From the IMG/VR virus record IMGVR_UViG_3300022707_000755: 41,175 bases of DNA. One strand, given 5' to 3'. The stretch's first letter is position 1. Each line of letters begins with the position of its first letter. Of this stretch, positions 23,972 to 33,660 are shown piece by piece. Below the pieces are notes generated by a model. The model was given only the letters and a program-made list of their open reading frames with translations, did not search any database and was not told the origin of the DNA. The DNA is from a virus. Both the position numbers and the translations under genes were made by a program.

Positions 23972-24425
23972 TTTTTATTTCCTCTCGAAGAATGCCCAAT
24001 AAGTGTTGATCCACTAATTCTCCACCCTTCATAATAGATTTACGGTCAATACCTTCATCTTTAAATCCAAATTTCTTGGTGAAATTATACACATCTTTAT
24101 AAACGACCGGAATCTTGCAGTTTATCTTCTTGATATTGCTAGAGAAGTTATCATATACGTGATACAGAAAGTGCCAGCCAGCCTCTACACCATACTCACG
24201 ATATGGCTTTAATATATTGCAATGAATCTCAATGGTCGTGCTGTTTTCAGGGTGAATCCACCAGAACCCAATCATTAAATCATCTTTAACAATACCCAGA
24301 TAAATATGATCATCAGGCGGATAATAGTCACTATAACGAATTCCATCCTCTGCTATTCGCTCAAATAGCTCTTTGTCGGCCAAGAAATCCATTACCTTGT
24401 CTTGTGTGATTTTAACTAATTCCAT
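23958..24425 (-). CDS. GNAT-fold (acetyltransferase-like) protein in the slot of P22 gene 14
   Basis: ...IEIHCNILKPYREYG...VYNFTKKFGFKDEGIDRKSIMKGGELVDQHLLGI resembles the GNAT C-terminal core. Confidence 0.45.
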   Translation of the reverse strand: MELVKITQDKVMDFLADKELFERIAEDGIRYSDYYPPDDHIYLGIVKDDLMIGFWWIHPENSTTIEIHCNILKPYREYGVEAGWHFLYHVYDNFSSNIKKINCKIPVVYKDVYNFTKKFGFKDEGIDRKSIMKGGELVDQHLLGILREEIKNGRS

Positions 24426-25075
24426 TATGGGGCCATCTGCTTAGCGGCTTGGTTAGCTGCAAGGAATGCATTGAATTTTGTTACTAAATTATTAAAATCT
24501 GTAACCAATTGATTTACATCGGCTTTTGTTTCATTGGCCAGGGTTATTACTGATGGTAAGTCAGTGGCATCAGGGCTTGTTACATCTACGGTTGAGGCAG
24601 CAGCATTGGTAATATTAGCCGCCAGCAGCACAACGCCGCCAAGCAAAGCTGTTGCGAAGTTTCCAGTGCCTACGACATCACCAGCCGTACCATGGGCCGA
24701 ATCTGCATTAACGTGATCAGTAAGATCGCTGTCAACCTCATCTATAGCGCCCTGAACATCTGTAGCAGCTAACCCACCTGAATTATCAAAGGATATTGCT
24801 GAGGCGTCATGGGCGTCATCCGTATCATCAATATGATTGGTTAAGTTTTGGGCGTTATCAGAAATTCCTTGGGCATTAGTGATTATGTCTGCGGTATTCT
24901 GAATTACCTGATCTTCAGCACTTCCGCTAACCTGGGCTAGGTCGTTGATATTGCTCTGCTTGTTAAACAGATCTTTAATCAAGTATGCAGGGGCCTCAGG
25001 GAGGGCCTTCTGAATATCGTTATAGCTTAAGTTTATGGACTGCCTAAGTACCAATTCAGCTGCTGTTTGAGCCAT
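24425..25075 (-). CDS. Tail needle / fibre-like coiled-coil protein (slot of P22 gp26)
   Basis: 216 aa; heptad-like Asn/Asp/Gln-rich helix; HDASAISFDNSGGLAATDVQGAIDEVD fibre motif. Confidence 0.5.
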   Translation of the reverse strand: MAQTAAELVLRQSINLSYNDIQKALPEAPAYLIKDLFNKQSNINDLAQVSGSAEDQVIQNTADIITNAQGISDNAQNLTNHIDDTDDAHDASAISFDNSGGLAATDVQGAIDEVDSDLTDHVNADSAHGTAGDVVGTGNFATALLGGVVLLAANITNAAASTVDVTSPDATDLPSVITLANETKADVNQLVTDFNNLVTKFNAFLAANQAAKQMAP

Positions 25076-26493
25076 TAGCTAGCCTCCACATTCAGTAATC
25101 CAAAGGCCATTCTAGACCTCGATGCACCTCTAAACTTAAAACCCGTCCAGTGACGTACATAGCCCATTCTTACCGGTCTAAATCTTCTGTTGTATTCAAA
25201 TTCCCCGCCGTAAAGAATAGTCGCCTCTTGTCCATAGGTTCTTCCATTCTCAGTCCTACTTACGAACACCGTTGCGTCTTTAGTTGCATCCACGATACCG
25301 GGAATCGTTTGCAGCTCAATGTTATTTATTGATAGAGTTTCAAGATTAAGAAATGGCGTAAACAGGAGCCACTCGGCTATATCACCATATTGAGTTGCCA
25401 CGGTCTTATCGAATACACCTAGTCTGGAATCCAGCTTATCACCCACCAGCCATTTACCGTTTCGAGGATCACGAACAAACCCTTTTCCTCGGTAATCAGC
25501 ATCACCAGTACCAGCCTTAACCAATGACCATGCATTATCAACACCTTGTGACTCTGCAATAGAAGCGTTAAACAAATATGTGACAGTTGGGAAGTGATAA
25601 AAAACAAGGTTAACTTTATCCAAAGTTATACAATCAACGGTAGTTGTTGATAATTCATCATCTGTGAAATCTTCCAAAACCTTCTCTATCTCTCTAGAAG
25701 CTATCTTTCTGCCTGATCCAGCCGAATACATGTAGCATGATGGAGCTGTCTCCTCACGGCGCCCTAGGGTGTACCACATACCCTCAAGCTCATCGATTGT
25801 GTTGATACCAGATAAGCCAAGCTTAGATGCCTTTCTATCGAGGGGAGTAAATGCAAAGCCAGAAGGAGCGGCATTAAATATGAAGTGCTCGGTTGAAAAT
25901 TCACCCAGGGCTAGCAACTCGTTGTCTTCATTCTTCTTAAGCGTTAGGGTAATGTCAGGCTCAAACTCTGCCACAGCCTCGTTGGCAAGGGGGAATGACT
26001 CTTCGTCCAGTATCTGGGAATGATAAATTCTAGTGCCGTCAGTCAGAACCACGAATTGAGCAACAAAGACAACGCTAATAGGGCTACCTACATTGGTGCC
26101 ATCAGTTATCTGCCTAAAGCCGTCAGTAGGATTGAAATAGAATAGTTTCTTGTCAGCCACCAAGATCACGTTATTAAACGTAAACGTCATGGGACATTCC
26201 TCAGTGCCGGGTACCGTACCAAGAATAGTTACCACTCCAAACTCATCAACAGAGATTAAATTGGTACCCGACACACGATAATGATTTTCAAAACCTTCTG
26301 CGCTGCACCATATTCCGCCACGATCTTTACCCGAACCAGTTCCGTAATCGGTTAACCCAGGCATCTGATACATATAGCCCGCACTTTGAAGCTCTGGGCG
26401 CAATACACCGTACATATTGACCGGTATGGCATCCCTGTAGTCAACGCCATCCTGCTCCATCTTGGAGCCTTTTATTAATGAAACAGCAGGCAT
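25075..26493 (-). CDS. Tail hub protein, P22 gp10-like
   Basis: 472 aa (same length as I recall for P22 gp10); MP..L.KG....DY.D.IPVNM N-terminus and an LLFTPF block. Confidence 0.7.
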   Translation of the reverse strand: MPAVSLIKGSKMEQDGVDYRDAIPVNMYGVLRPELQSAGYMYQMPGLTDYGTGSGKDRGGIWCSAEGFENHYRVSGTNLISVDEFGVVTILGTVPGTEECPMTFTFNNVILVADKKLFYFNPTDGFRQITDGTNVGSPISVVFVAQFVVLTDGTRIYHSQILDEESFPLANEAVAEFEPDITLTLKKNEDNELLALGEFSTEHFIFNAAPSGFAFTPLDRKASKLGLSGINTIDELEGMWYTLGRREETAPSCYMYSAGSGRKIASREIEKVLEDFTDDELSTTTVDCITLDKVNLVFYHFPTVTYLFNASIAESQGVDNAWSLVKAGTGDADYRGKGFVRDPRNGKWLVGDKLDSRLGVFDKTVATQYGDIAEWLLFTPFLNLETLSINNIELQTIPGIVDATKDATVFVSRTENGRTYGQEATILYGGEFEYNRRFRPVRMGYVRHWTGFKFRGASRSRMAFGLLNVEAS

Positions 26494-26533
26494 AAAAAAA
26501 CCATGTTAGTTTGTTTTTCACATTCTAACATGG
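26494..26533 (-). terminator. Intrinsic terminator or attenuator on the minus strand (9-bp stem CCATGTTAG / CTAACATGG, U7), directly abutting the gp10-like start codon
   Basis: Hand-folded. Confidence 0.65.
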
Positions 26534-26557
26534 CTTAGGGCTTGATTATAGTTTGAG

Positions 26558-26662
26558 CTAATAACCCGTCCCGCGTGACTTACTGGGCTTCTTAGCTGGC
26601 TTACGTTTAGCCGGTTTCTTCTTCATCGGCTTCTTCTTTGGGTATCCGCTTATTGCTGGCAT
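26558..26662 (-). CDS. 34-aa Lys/Pro-rich highly basic peptide
   Basis: Hand translation MPAISGYPKKKPMKKKPAKRKPAKKPSKSRGTGY; SD GGAG 6 nt upstream. Confidence 0.45.
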   Translation of the reverse strand: MPAISGYPKKKPMKKKPAKRKPAKKPSKSRGTGY

Positions 26663-26730
26663 GTCGTTCTCCTGTTTGAAGCTTAATTATATGGCTGTAG
26701 TTTGATCAATACAAATAAAGTCTTACGTAT

Positions 26731-29700
26731 TTAATCACCTATCCTAACAATATTCATTATTATAGATGGGGTAAGCGGTATGTCATTAGGAGCTGTCCCG
26801 CTTGCTGGGAATGCATCTAATATAAGGTTTGCATCTTCAACTTGGATCATGAACCGTATCTTATCACCTGAATTTACTCTAAAAGTAGATGTTAAGGGCG
26901 AAACAGTGGTGGCTCCTGCTGTATTTACGGTAAATTTTACATTTGTGCCCGGTACATTTACAAATCCTGATCCTGTATCTATTGCCAGGAACATGTTTAA
27001 TACATCAGTGCCACCGCCTGTTGTTCTAGTATATTGAGGCTCTGCTGTTGATTGATACACGCCCCCACTAGTAAATGTGAATTCATCATTATTTACAGTT
27101 TCAGAATGCTCTATTCCTGAGAACTGCTCGTTTTTATTGAATTGTATGGGTGCAGATACATTTGCGGTAAATGATTGATCCAAAGAATGTGAGAATCCGC
27201 CAAAGATGCTTTTTTCTAACGCCCTTATTTCAACCTGAATAAATCCTATCGATGCATCTATTTTACCTATATGTCCCATTTGTATTGGAATTGCAGGCCT
27301 TGTTGAAGTTAAATCGCCTGCGCTAGTATCTGATAAGTAAACAAGCTCACCAGCAGAAAAGCCCGTAGTATCTAAATCGTTAACGCGTCCAAATACAGTA
27401 ACTAATCCAACAGCTCCGTTTACCATTGTAGTAGTGGTTAAGCCTAATACCTCTGTGTTTTCAACTGTATCAGCTAATGCCAATATTATTTCCATGGCAT
27501 CATTTGTACCATCATATCCGCTTACATTAACGACTTTTCCATCAGGAATTGTAGCCCCTGAATTATTGACAACGAACACAACGCTCTCTTGTCCAACCTG
27601 TATAGACGATCCGGGGAAAATGTTTCGAACATTCATTGTTCCTTTTTCTGGGTCGTAGTTTGTTGATCCAGGCGTTGATCCTAGTGGGTCCTGGTTTAAA
27701 ACTTCAGAACCTTCAATATAAATATTACTAGCTTCAATATTATTAGTCAGGCATATCTCACTAACTGAGATAATTTCCTTCTCGAGTTCTCTCAACCCAT
27801 TGAATATCGATTGCGGTGCCGCTAGATTTTCTGTACGTAATGTTAGTTTTCCACCTACATTTTTTAGAAATAAATCTAACTTATCACCCAGCCCCCTCGG
27901 GTTTCCGTCCGGTAAAATAACGGTGTAATCCCGCTTTCCTTCAGGTACAAATATCTGGGCAATATTAGCTTGCATTGTCGAAACAGATAATGTTTTAGTT
28001 GATGACTCTTCGTAAATAGTAACGCCAAAGTTATCATGGTAGGTTACGCGGTTAGAACCACCAGTTGAGCCTGAACTGATTAGAACTCTAGTTCCTAATC
28101 CGCCGCCATTGGTAAAAAATGTTGGGATAAATGTTGTCAATACCCCATTTATAAACACTTGTGCTGCACCCAAACCCGCCGGAACATTTACTTGTCTTGA
28201 AAAGTACTTATCGAATGTGACTAAAGGATTTCCTCCAGTTCCGTTCATTGTTACATTGTTGCCGGTATTATCTGCTTCAATCAGGCGCAAATTACCCGAG
28301 TTATTATCAAAAATAACCCCGTAACGGCGATTTCCTGTAGCTAGCGGATTTTCAGCAGCATCAGCTTGTAACCCTGAGAAAAAACCACTAGAGCCGTCGA
28401 CTGAATCTAATCTATGAACGCCACTAAAAGACGCGCCGAAATCGTTAATATCTATCCAATTTTGAGCCGTTAGTGATATCTGAGATGTTGTACTGCCATC
28501 GGCAACATCGTCATTATGTCGGACAACCTGTTTTGACGTACCAAATACGTCTTCAGTTGCTAAGTCAATAGTCGCCGAGCCAGTAGCGATATCTACCCAG
28601 GTTTGTTGTCCCGCAGGCAGGCCTAGCTCACCGAAAAACCTATTGTTAGTGTTGGCGAACTCTTCTGTTGCCACAATCGGTACATCAGAAGCGTGAGCAA
28701 GTTGATGGAATGTAATGGGCGTAACACTACCTTCGCCATGCTCGGGCGTACCGGTTAACGATGTTCTCCACACGGACACATTAACTTTAGTAACAGTCCC
28801 CGTTTCAACGGCTGTTACAACTTGATCCCTTGTAAAATCTTCTACATTTGCAGTGCCACCGATGCCTCTTGCGAAAATAACAAATCCAAGTTGTACATCA
28901 ACCTCATAAAGTCCTTTTGTCCGTAATGTATCAACAAATATAATATCATTTGGAGAAAATACACTAAGTGTATCAATTCCGATTAGCGGAGGCGTGCCAT
29001 TGCCCGCCGTGAATTGCTTGGCGGTGACAGTTGCACCGGTGGACGTCGCTTGATAAACGTGTGTAGATCCTACGGTTTCAGCAGTAGTTGAAGTCTGATC
29101 CACGTTTTGAGTTATATAATTTACATCAAGTAGAAATTTCTCTCCGTCGTTTACCAGAGTGTCAACCGGCACGCCTTCCTGGATCAATTGGGTCAGGAAC
29201 GGGATATCCGTAGCGGTTCCCTTAAGGCTCATCGAGTCCGCCTTTATTTCAACATCTAGTTGTTGGCCTTGCTCTAATTGAAATGTCGATAATCCTATAT
29301 TGAAGATACCCGGGGTGTCATCAGCAACGCTGACAAAATCGACAACGTTATCCCCAGCTATGAAAGATAAGCCTGGGTTGGCAACTTTCTCTGCCGGCGT
29401 AACGGCGTTGAAAGCGGCCTCGCTGGGTATGTGTCGGATAACTATGCCAGTGGCATTGTCTATAATTTCCGCCACAACGTTGGCCATGGGCGCGTCCGCG
29501 CGGAAGGTTACCTGGTTGGTCTGGCGCACCTTTGGGGCAGTAACGCCACCGATGATGACGAAGGACAGTGGGTTGGTCGTTATTACACTGGTATCGATCC
29601 CCTGCAACTCGTTAAAGAACTGAGTTTTTAGGTCGAGATTCCTAGACGCGAGAGACCCAGTTTCATCGAACTCTGTGGTCATAGCGTAGCCGTGCGTGCC

Positions 29701-30156
29701 ATCCACGTTATTGCTTATGGCCAATTGTTTGGCGGCTTCTGACGCTGTTACCACGGGGCCAAATTTTGCCGAGCCAGCAGGTAAATTTATTGCTTTATCA
29801 AAGGTCCATTCTTCTGTAGTGGGGTCGACCGTAGCCCCTGCATAAATAAGCTTACCCAATGAATCCGATTTCGGTACTTGACCTTCTGTAAGCGTGGTGA
29901 ATGAAGGATCTGAAGCAGGCGGGTTAGGAGTAACTGTACCGCCTGATGTTATCTCGCCAGTATAAGAACCATCAGAACATTTACAGGTAATAAAAGATCC
30001 AAACCAGTCAGGGTCAAGATCTGAAAATCGAGATTGAACAAAATAACCCACTGCCTGAGTTTCTACAATCGTGTCTGTAGTTTCATAAACATACTGATTA
30101 AATATGCCGCGTGATTGTTCGGTAGCTATATCTAGTTTGAATTGTGTAAAGGCCAT
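26731..30156 (-). CDS. Large tail fibre / receptor-binding protein (1141 aa), inserted between the gp4-like and gp10-like genes
   Basis: ORF track; Thr/Gly/Asn/Val-rich beta-type composition; no P22 counterpart at this position. Confidence 0.6.
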   Translation of the reverse strand: MAFTQFKLDIATEQSRGIFNQYVYETTDTIVETQAVGYFVQSRFSDLDPDWFGSFITCKCSDGSYTGEITSGGTVTPNPPASDPSFTTLTEGQVPKSDSLGKLIYAGATVDPTTEEWTFDKAINLPAGSAKFGPVVTASEAAKQLAISNNVDGTHGYAMTTEFDETGSLASRNLDLKTQFFNELQGIDTSVITTNPLSFVIIGGVTAPKVRQTNQVTFRADAPMANVVAEIIDNATGIVIRHIPSEAAFNAVTPAEKVANPGLSFIAGDNVVDFVSVADDTPGIFNIGLSTFQLEQGQQLDVEIKADSMSLKGTATDIPFLTQLIQEGVPVDTLVNDGEKFLLDVNYITQNVDQTSTTAETVGSTHVYQATSTGATVTAKQFTAGNGTPPLIGIDTLSVFSPNDIIFVDTLRTKGLYEVDVQLGFVIFARGIGGTANVEDFTRDQVVTAVETGTVTKVNVSVWRTSLTGTPEHGEGSVTPITFHQLAHASDVPIVATEEFANTNNRFFGELGLPAGQQTWVDIATGSATIDLATEDVFGTSKQVVRHNDDVADGSTTSQISLTAQNWIDINDFGASFSGVHRLDSVDGSSGFFSGLQADAAENPLATGNRRYGVIFDNNSGNLRLIEADNTGNNVTMNGTGGNPLVTFDKYFSRQVNVPAGLGAAQVFINGVLTTFIPTFFTNGGGLGTRVLISSGSTGGSNRVTYHDNFGVTIYEESSTKTLSVSTMQANIAQIFVPEGKRDYTVILPDGNPRGLGDKLDLFLKNVGGKLTLRTENLAAPQSIFNGLRELEKEIISVSEICLTNNIEASNIYIEGSEVLNQDPLGSTPGSTNYDPEKGTMNVRNIFPGSSIQVGQESVVFVVNNSGATIPDGKVVNVSGYDGTNDAMEIILALADTVENTEVLGLTTTTMVNGAVGLVTVFGRVNDLDTTGFSAGELVYLSDTSAGDLTSTRPAIPIQMGHIGKIDASIGFIQVEIRALEKSIFGGFSHSLDQSFTANVSAPIQFNKNEQFSGIEHSETVNNDEFTFTSGGVYQSTAEPQYTRTTGGGTDVLNMFLAIDTGSGFVNVPGTNVKFTVNTAGATTVSPLTSTFRVNSGDKIRFMIQVEDANLILDAFPASGTAPNDIPLTPSIIMNIVRIGD

Positions 30157-30160
30157 TAAC

Positions 30161-30275
30161 CAACTCCATCATGAATTCGTGTGAAGGAGTTGTTAAAAAG
30201 CCCCGAAGGGCATGAAGTGAAGGTTTGTGAAGGTTAGTTATGGGTGGCTGATCAGCCTATGCCGGCAGCCTTCAC
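30161..30275 (-). promoter_or_regulatory. Structured leader of the fibre gene: SD-sequestering hairpin, GTGAAGG repeats and a 12-bp palindrome
   Basis: CAACTCC (30161-30167) pairs with GGAGTTG (30186-30192), which covers the SD. GTGAAGG occurs at 30181, 30217 and 30227, and inverted (CCTTCAC) at 30269. GGCTGATCAGCC at 30246-30257. Confidence 0.4.
30195..30211 (-). terminator. Small minus-strand terminator-like hairpin (GCCC-UUCG-GGGC followed by U5)
   Basis: Hand-folded; only 4 bp, so weak. Confidence 0.35.
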
Positions 30276-30323
30276 CCTGCCAGCCCCTTTATTTTAAATT
30301 AAAACAATATCAAATAATACCAA

Positions 30324-31073
30324 TTAAGTGATGTTGCCCACTGTTTGGCTGTCTTGTATGTTGAAATCCACCAAGCGACTGTTAACCCGACCTGAAACGG
30401 TGGTGATTACAATCTTAACCTGCCTGAATGACTGGGTATCTTTTGTGTCATCTGCTGTAATTCTAAAGCTAACAGACGTGTCATCATTTGAAGATGAAAC
30501 TAATGTTAATCCTGTATCGGCCTGGATGGTAAAGGATGCAATCGTGTCATCGTTAATTAGATAGGCCGTGAAGAACTCTTGATAATCTTGAGTGTCTCCG
30601 CGCAATATAATATTAGAATCTGATGGTGGTGTTTGCTCTTGGCTGTAATAACGGAACAAGTAATTCCACCGTACTGTGTTGCCTGAACCACGCGCCATAC
30701 GATCAGGGTAGCGTACCTCAGTAATTTGAGCAGCCGCCACAATAGAATTAGAATTAGATAGGGATTGATTAGCCTGCCTGTCTAGACTCACCGGTATCTC
30801 TTTACCAAAGTAAGATACAACCCTAGTGGCTAAATTAGCGGACATCATTTGTTTATGCTCTAACCTTACCCCTGTGTCTGTGTTGGGGTCTGGCTCTTCC
30901 TCGAACTGATAGTTCAAGTTCATGCTGGTAGCCTCAAACTCAGCCATCATACTTTCAAGCTGGCCAAGGGCTATTGTTGTGTCTTCTGTTGTAGGGTCGA
31001 CGGTTAGGCCAGATATACGAATCTTGGCATAAGCATCACCAATTACATCAATCTTTTTTATCGCCATGACCAA
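30324..31073 (-). CDS. Head-to-tail adaptor, P22 gp4-like, with a C-terminal extension of about 100 aa
   Basis: LESMMAEF and YPDRMARGSGN blocks parallel P22 gp4 (LEAMMAEW, YPSRMPTGSGN as I recall them). Confidence 0.65.
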   Translation of the reverse strand: MVMAIKKIDVIGDAYAKIRISGLTVDPTTEDTTIALGQLESMMAEFEATSMNLNYQFEEEPDPNTDTGVRLEHKQMMSANLATRVVSYFGKEIPVSLDRQANQSLSNSNSIVAAAQITEVRYPDRMARGSGNTVRWNYLFRYYSQEQTPPSDSNIILRGDTQDYQEFFTAYLINDDTIASFTIQADTGLTLVSSSNDDTSVSFRITADDTKDTQSFRQVKIVITTVSGRVNSRLVDFNIQDSQTVGNIT

Positions 31074-31311
31074 GCTCTTTCAGTAGGGTTTTCATCCGCT
31101 TCTTTTCCCAGTCTACAATGCCAGCCTTTTGAGCAGCGCTGCGTATTTCTTCTGTGGAAAGCTTGCCAGATTGGTTGGTGTCGATATCTTCAACTGAAAC
31201 CGGTTCAATCACCTTCTCTTTAGTCAGTGACCAGCCAGCGTTCAAATGATCTTGAAGTGTGGCAGGCTCTACATTAGTCGGAGTGCCGTTTTTGTAAATA
31301 GTTACAGCCAT
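31048..31311 (-). CDS. Small head-associated protein with a HeH/SAP-like (Rho-N-like) motif
   Basis: KLSTEEIRSAAQKAGIVDWEKKRMKTLLKEL. Confidence 0.5.
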   Translation of the reverse strand: MAVTIYKNGTPTNVEPATLQDHLNAGWSLTKEKVIEPVSVEDIDTNQSGKLSTEEIRSAAQKAGIVDWEKKRMKTLLKELGHGDKKD

Positions 31312-31327
31312 TATTATTCCTTAAGGA

Positions 31328-31347
31328 AAGGGGCCGTTAAGCCCCTT
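31328..31347 (-). terminator. GC-rich hairpin just after the coat gene (7-bp stem AAGGGGC / GCCCCTT); attenuator candidate
   Basis: Hand-folded; the U-tract on the minus strand is short and interrupted. Confidence 0.45.
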
Positions 31348-31352
31348 ATGTT

Positions 31353-32636
31353 TTAGAAGGTTAAGGATACGCCGACACGGGAAGGATCTTTAATCGTGAT
31401 GCCGTACCAAGTGAAGATACGGAAGCGGAATTGAAGATCGATCATGTTCGCATCATAGATCATGTACATCTCTTGACCATTCGACATACGCTCAGTGATC
31501 ACCTTCATACCGTCAAACTCTTTGAACAAGTTGGCCGGAATGGTTCCACCTAGAACCTCTACAGCGTCCTTATCCCAGAACAAGTTGGTGCGGTTGATTG
31601 CATCAATGTTTAGACGATCCATTGTCGCAAGGTTTAAAATCTGCGTGTCAATGTTCGCATAAGCCTGTTCAGTCACGGTCAAGCCCGGGTCATCAACCGC
31701 GATAGGCTTAGGAGAAACCTTCACGCTTGTGGCTGATGGTTTGGATATGATGGTGAATGTCATAGGCTGAAGGGTATCGGTCTTATCTGATACGCCAAGA
31801 GCATTAACAACGCCACCCGGGTTGGTGAATGTAACCTTATCGCCTATGTTATAAGCCGCGCTCGCGGCCACTGCGATGGTTGCGGAACGGTAATCGATGT
31901 TGGTTACAACACCTGATGCCGTGTCTACGCTACCCGCTTCAGGCTTAAAGCTTTGATCACCTGTTACCGTAGTGCCAGGATCTGCACCGCCTACAAGGTT
32001 TTGCAAGAATGATCCGGTATAAACATTAAAACCCGCAGTATTCTGAGATACTTGACCAGTTTTCCATACAGTTTCTGGACGACCTTGTAGGGTTTGACGT
32101 GCTGCTAAGTCCTGACCAAACAACTGATTATCTCGGTCATTTAAGAGGAACACACGCTCGCCTGAATTGTAGCCTTGGCGCTCGTTCATAAGGGTCTGTG
32201 ATTCACTAATGAAATCCCAGCCGCTGGTTACATTAGAGCGGTTAAACAAGGAGCCCTGGAGAAACATAGCTTCAGCAATAGAACGGTTAAGCTCTGTTAC
32301 CTGCTGCTTAGCGGAAGCCTGACCACGGCGGCGCCAGAATTGCTCGTCACGCAAATCATCTGCGCGCTGAGATACCAGGTCGTTCTTGGGAGTACCAAGG
32401 ATTGCCGGATAAGTTTCTTCGATGATCTCTTGCTCTTGGCCCGTTAAGTCAAAACCAGACAAGATCGGCGCGTGCTGCTCAACAGTTCGCCAAATAAAGT
32501 TGCCCGAGTTCTGCATATCAGAAGCATTGGGTTCAAAGAAGGTGGTTAGATCCACAAGCTTGTCTTGTTTCTCGTAGGTCATAAGGTAATCTTCAAACAT
32601 TACCTCCGCGATTTTACCGGAATTTAAAGCTGCCAT
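31353..32636 (-). CDS. Major capsid (coat) protein, P22 gp5-like
   Basis: 427 aa; blocks RADDLRDE, QSFKP, SPKPIAVDD, AYANI and IPAN match my recollection of the P22 coat protein. Confidence 0.88.
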   Translation of the reverse strand: MAALNSGKIAEVMFEDYLMTYEKQDKLVDLTTFFEPNASDMQNSGNFIWRTVEQHAPILSGFDLTGQEQEIIEETYPAILGTPKNDLVSQRADDLRDEQFWRRRGQASAKQQVTELNRSIAEAMFLQGSLFNRSNVTSGWDFISESQTLMNERQGYNSGERVFLLNDRDNQLFGQDLAARQTLQGRPETVWKTGQVSQNTAGFNVYTGSFLQNLVGGADPGTTVTGDQSFKPEAGSVDTASGVVTNIDYRSATIAVAASAAYNIGDKVTFTNPGGVVNALGVSDKTDTLQPMTFTIISKPSATSVKVSPKPIAVDDPGLTVTEQAYANIDTQILNLATMDRLNIDAINRTNLFWDKDAVEVLGGTIPANLFKEFDGMKVITERMSNGQEMYMIYDANMIDLQFRFRIFTWYGITIKDPSRVGVSLTF

Positions 32637-32637
32637 T

Positions 32638-33660
32638 TTATAAGTCCTGTGTATTTATACCGGCTCTACGCATTTCCATCCTGGCTGCAAACGATCCTTG
32701 AATGTCACCCTTCTTCTTAGCGTCCTTATAACGCCTTGTAAGATTCTTGGTGTCATCTTTAGAACCTGAACCAGAAATCTGTCGCGCCGGTTTGGGTGCA
32801 TTTGATTTCTTTTTCGCAGGCATTGAGAACTCAGCATTTTTCTGGCCTAAATAAACTGCAAGTGTTAGCCCCGTTGGGTCGCTAATTAACTTAGCTCTAA
32901 CCTTGTCCAGCTCTGACTCGCTTCGACCAATGGCATACAGTACCTTTTCGCTACCTTCACCAATGATTGAAATAAGTCGATCGGTCGTGGTGTCACCTTG
33001 ATTCGGCAGTACCTGCTCAATAGCTTCACGAACTTTACGATCCGCCTGGCCATATACTTCCGGGTTAATACCATGCTTTGTTACAAGTTCCTGCGCTCTT
33101 CGATAATGCTCATCAGACTTCTGCTGTATGTCATTGGCCTGCTTCTGCACCTCTGCTGCCTGGACGTTGCTCTGTTGAGTCTGATTCATACGAGCGTCAA
33201 TCATGCCGTTGTAATGATTACTCACGGCCTGATGATACTTGTCTTCATCGTACTCAAAGTCTTCAAGCTTAGGCATCACTGTGGACGCTGCTTGCGTGAC
33301 TTGAGGCTGTTGCACTTGCGTCATCTGTGCTTTTAGCTGGTCAATCTCACTGCGTAGATCTGAGTTTTCACCCTTCAGCTCGTTATTTTTGCCTTTCAGC
33401 TTACTGCGAACTGCCTGAAGTGCCGATAATGGAACCTCTTTAGGTGCTGCGTTATCTGTCTCATCTTCCATCCAAGCTTCTGTTTCTGCTGGAGCTGGTT
33501 CACCTTCAGGGGTTTCCGCTTCCTCTTCTGGTTCTTCAGTTTCAACTTCTACCGCTTCTTCCTCTTCAGCTTCCTCAACCTCTTGCGGAGTGGCTGCCTC
33601 TTCTGCTTCAGGTTCTGCGTTTTCTGCCTTTAGGTCGGCTAGACTTTGGTGTGCTGACAT
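32638..33660 (-). CDS. Scaffolding protein
   Basis: 340 aa from ATG; very acidic N-terminus, long coiled coil, basic C-terminus; sits directly upstream of the coat gene. Confidence 0.65.
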   Translation of the reverse strand: MSAHQSLADLKAENAEPEAEEAATPQEVEEAEEEEAVEVETEEPEEEAETPEGEPAPAETEAWMEDETDNAAPKEVPLSALQAVRSKLKGKNNELKGENSDLRSEIDQLKAQMTQVQQPQVTQAASTVMPKLEDFEYDEDKYHQAVSNHYNGMIDARMNQTQQSNVQAAEVQKQANDIQQKSDEHYRRAQELVTKHGINPEVYGQADRKVREAIEQVLPNQGDTTTDRLISIIGEGSEKVLYAIGRSESELDKVRAKLISDPTGLTLAVYLGQKNAEFSMPAKKKSNAPKPARQISGSGSKDDTKNLTRRYKDAKKKGDIQGSFAARMEMRRAGINTQDL

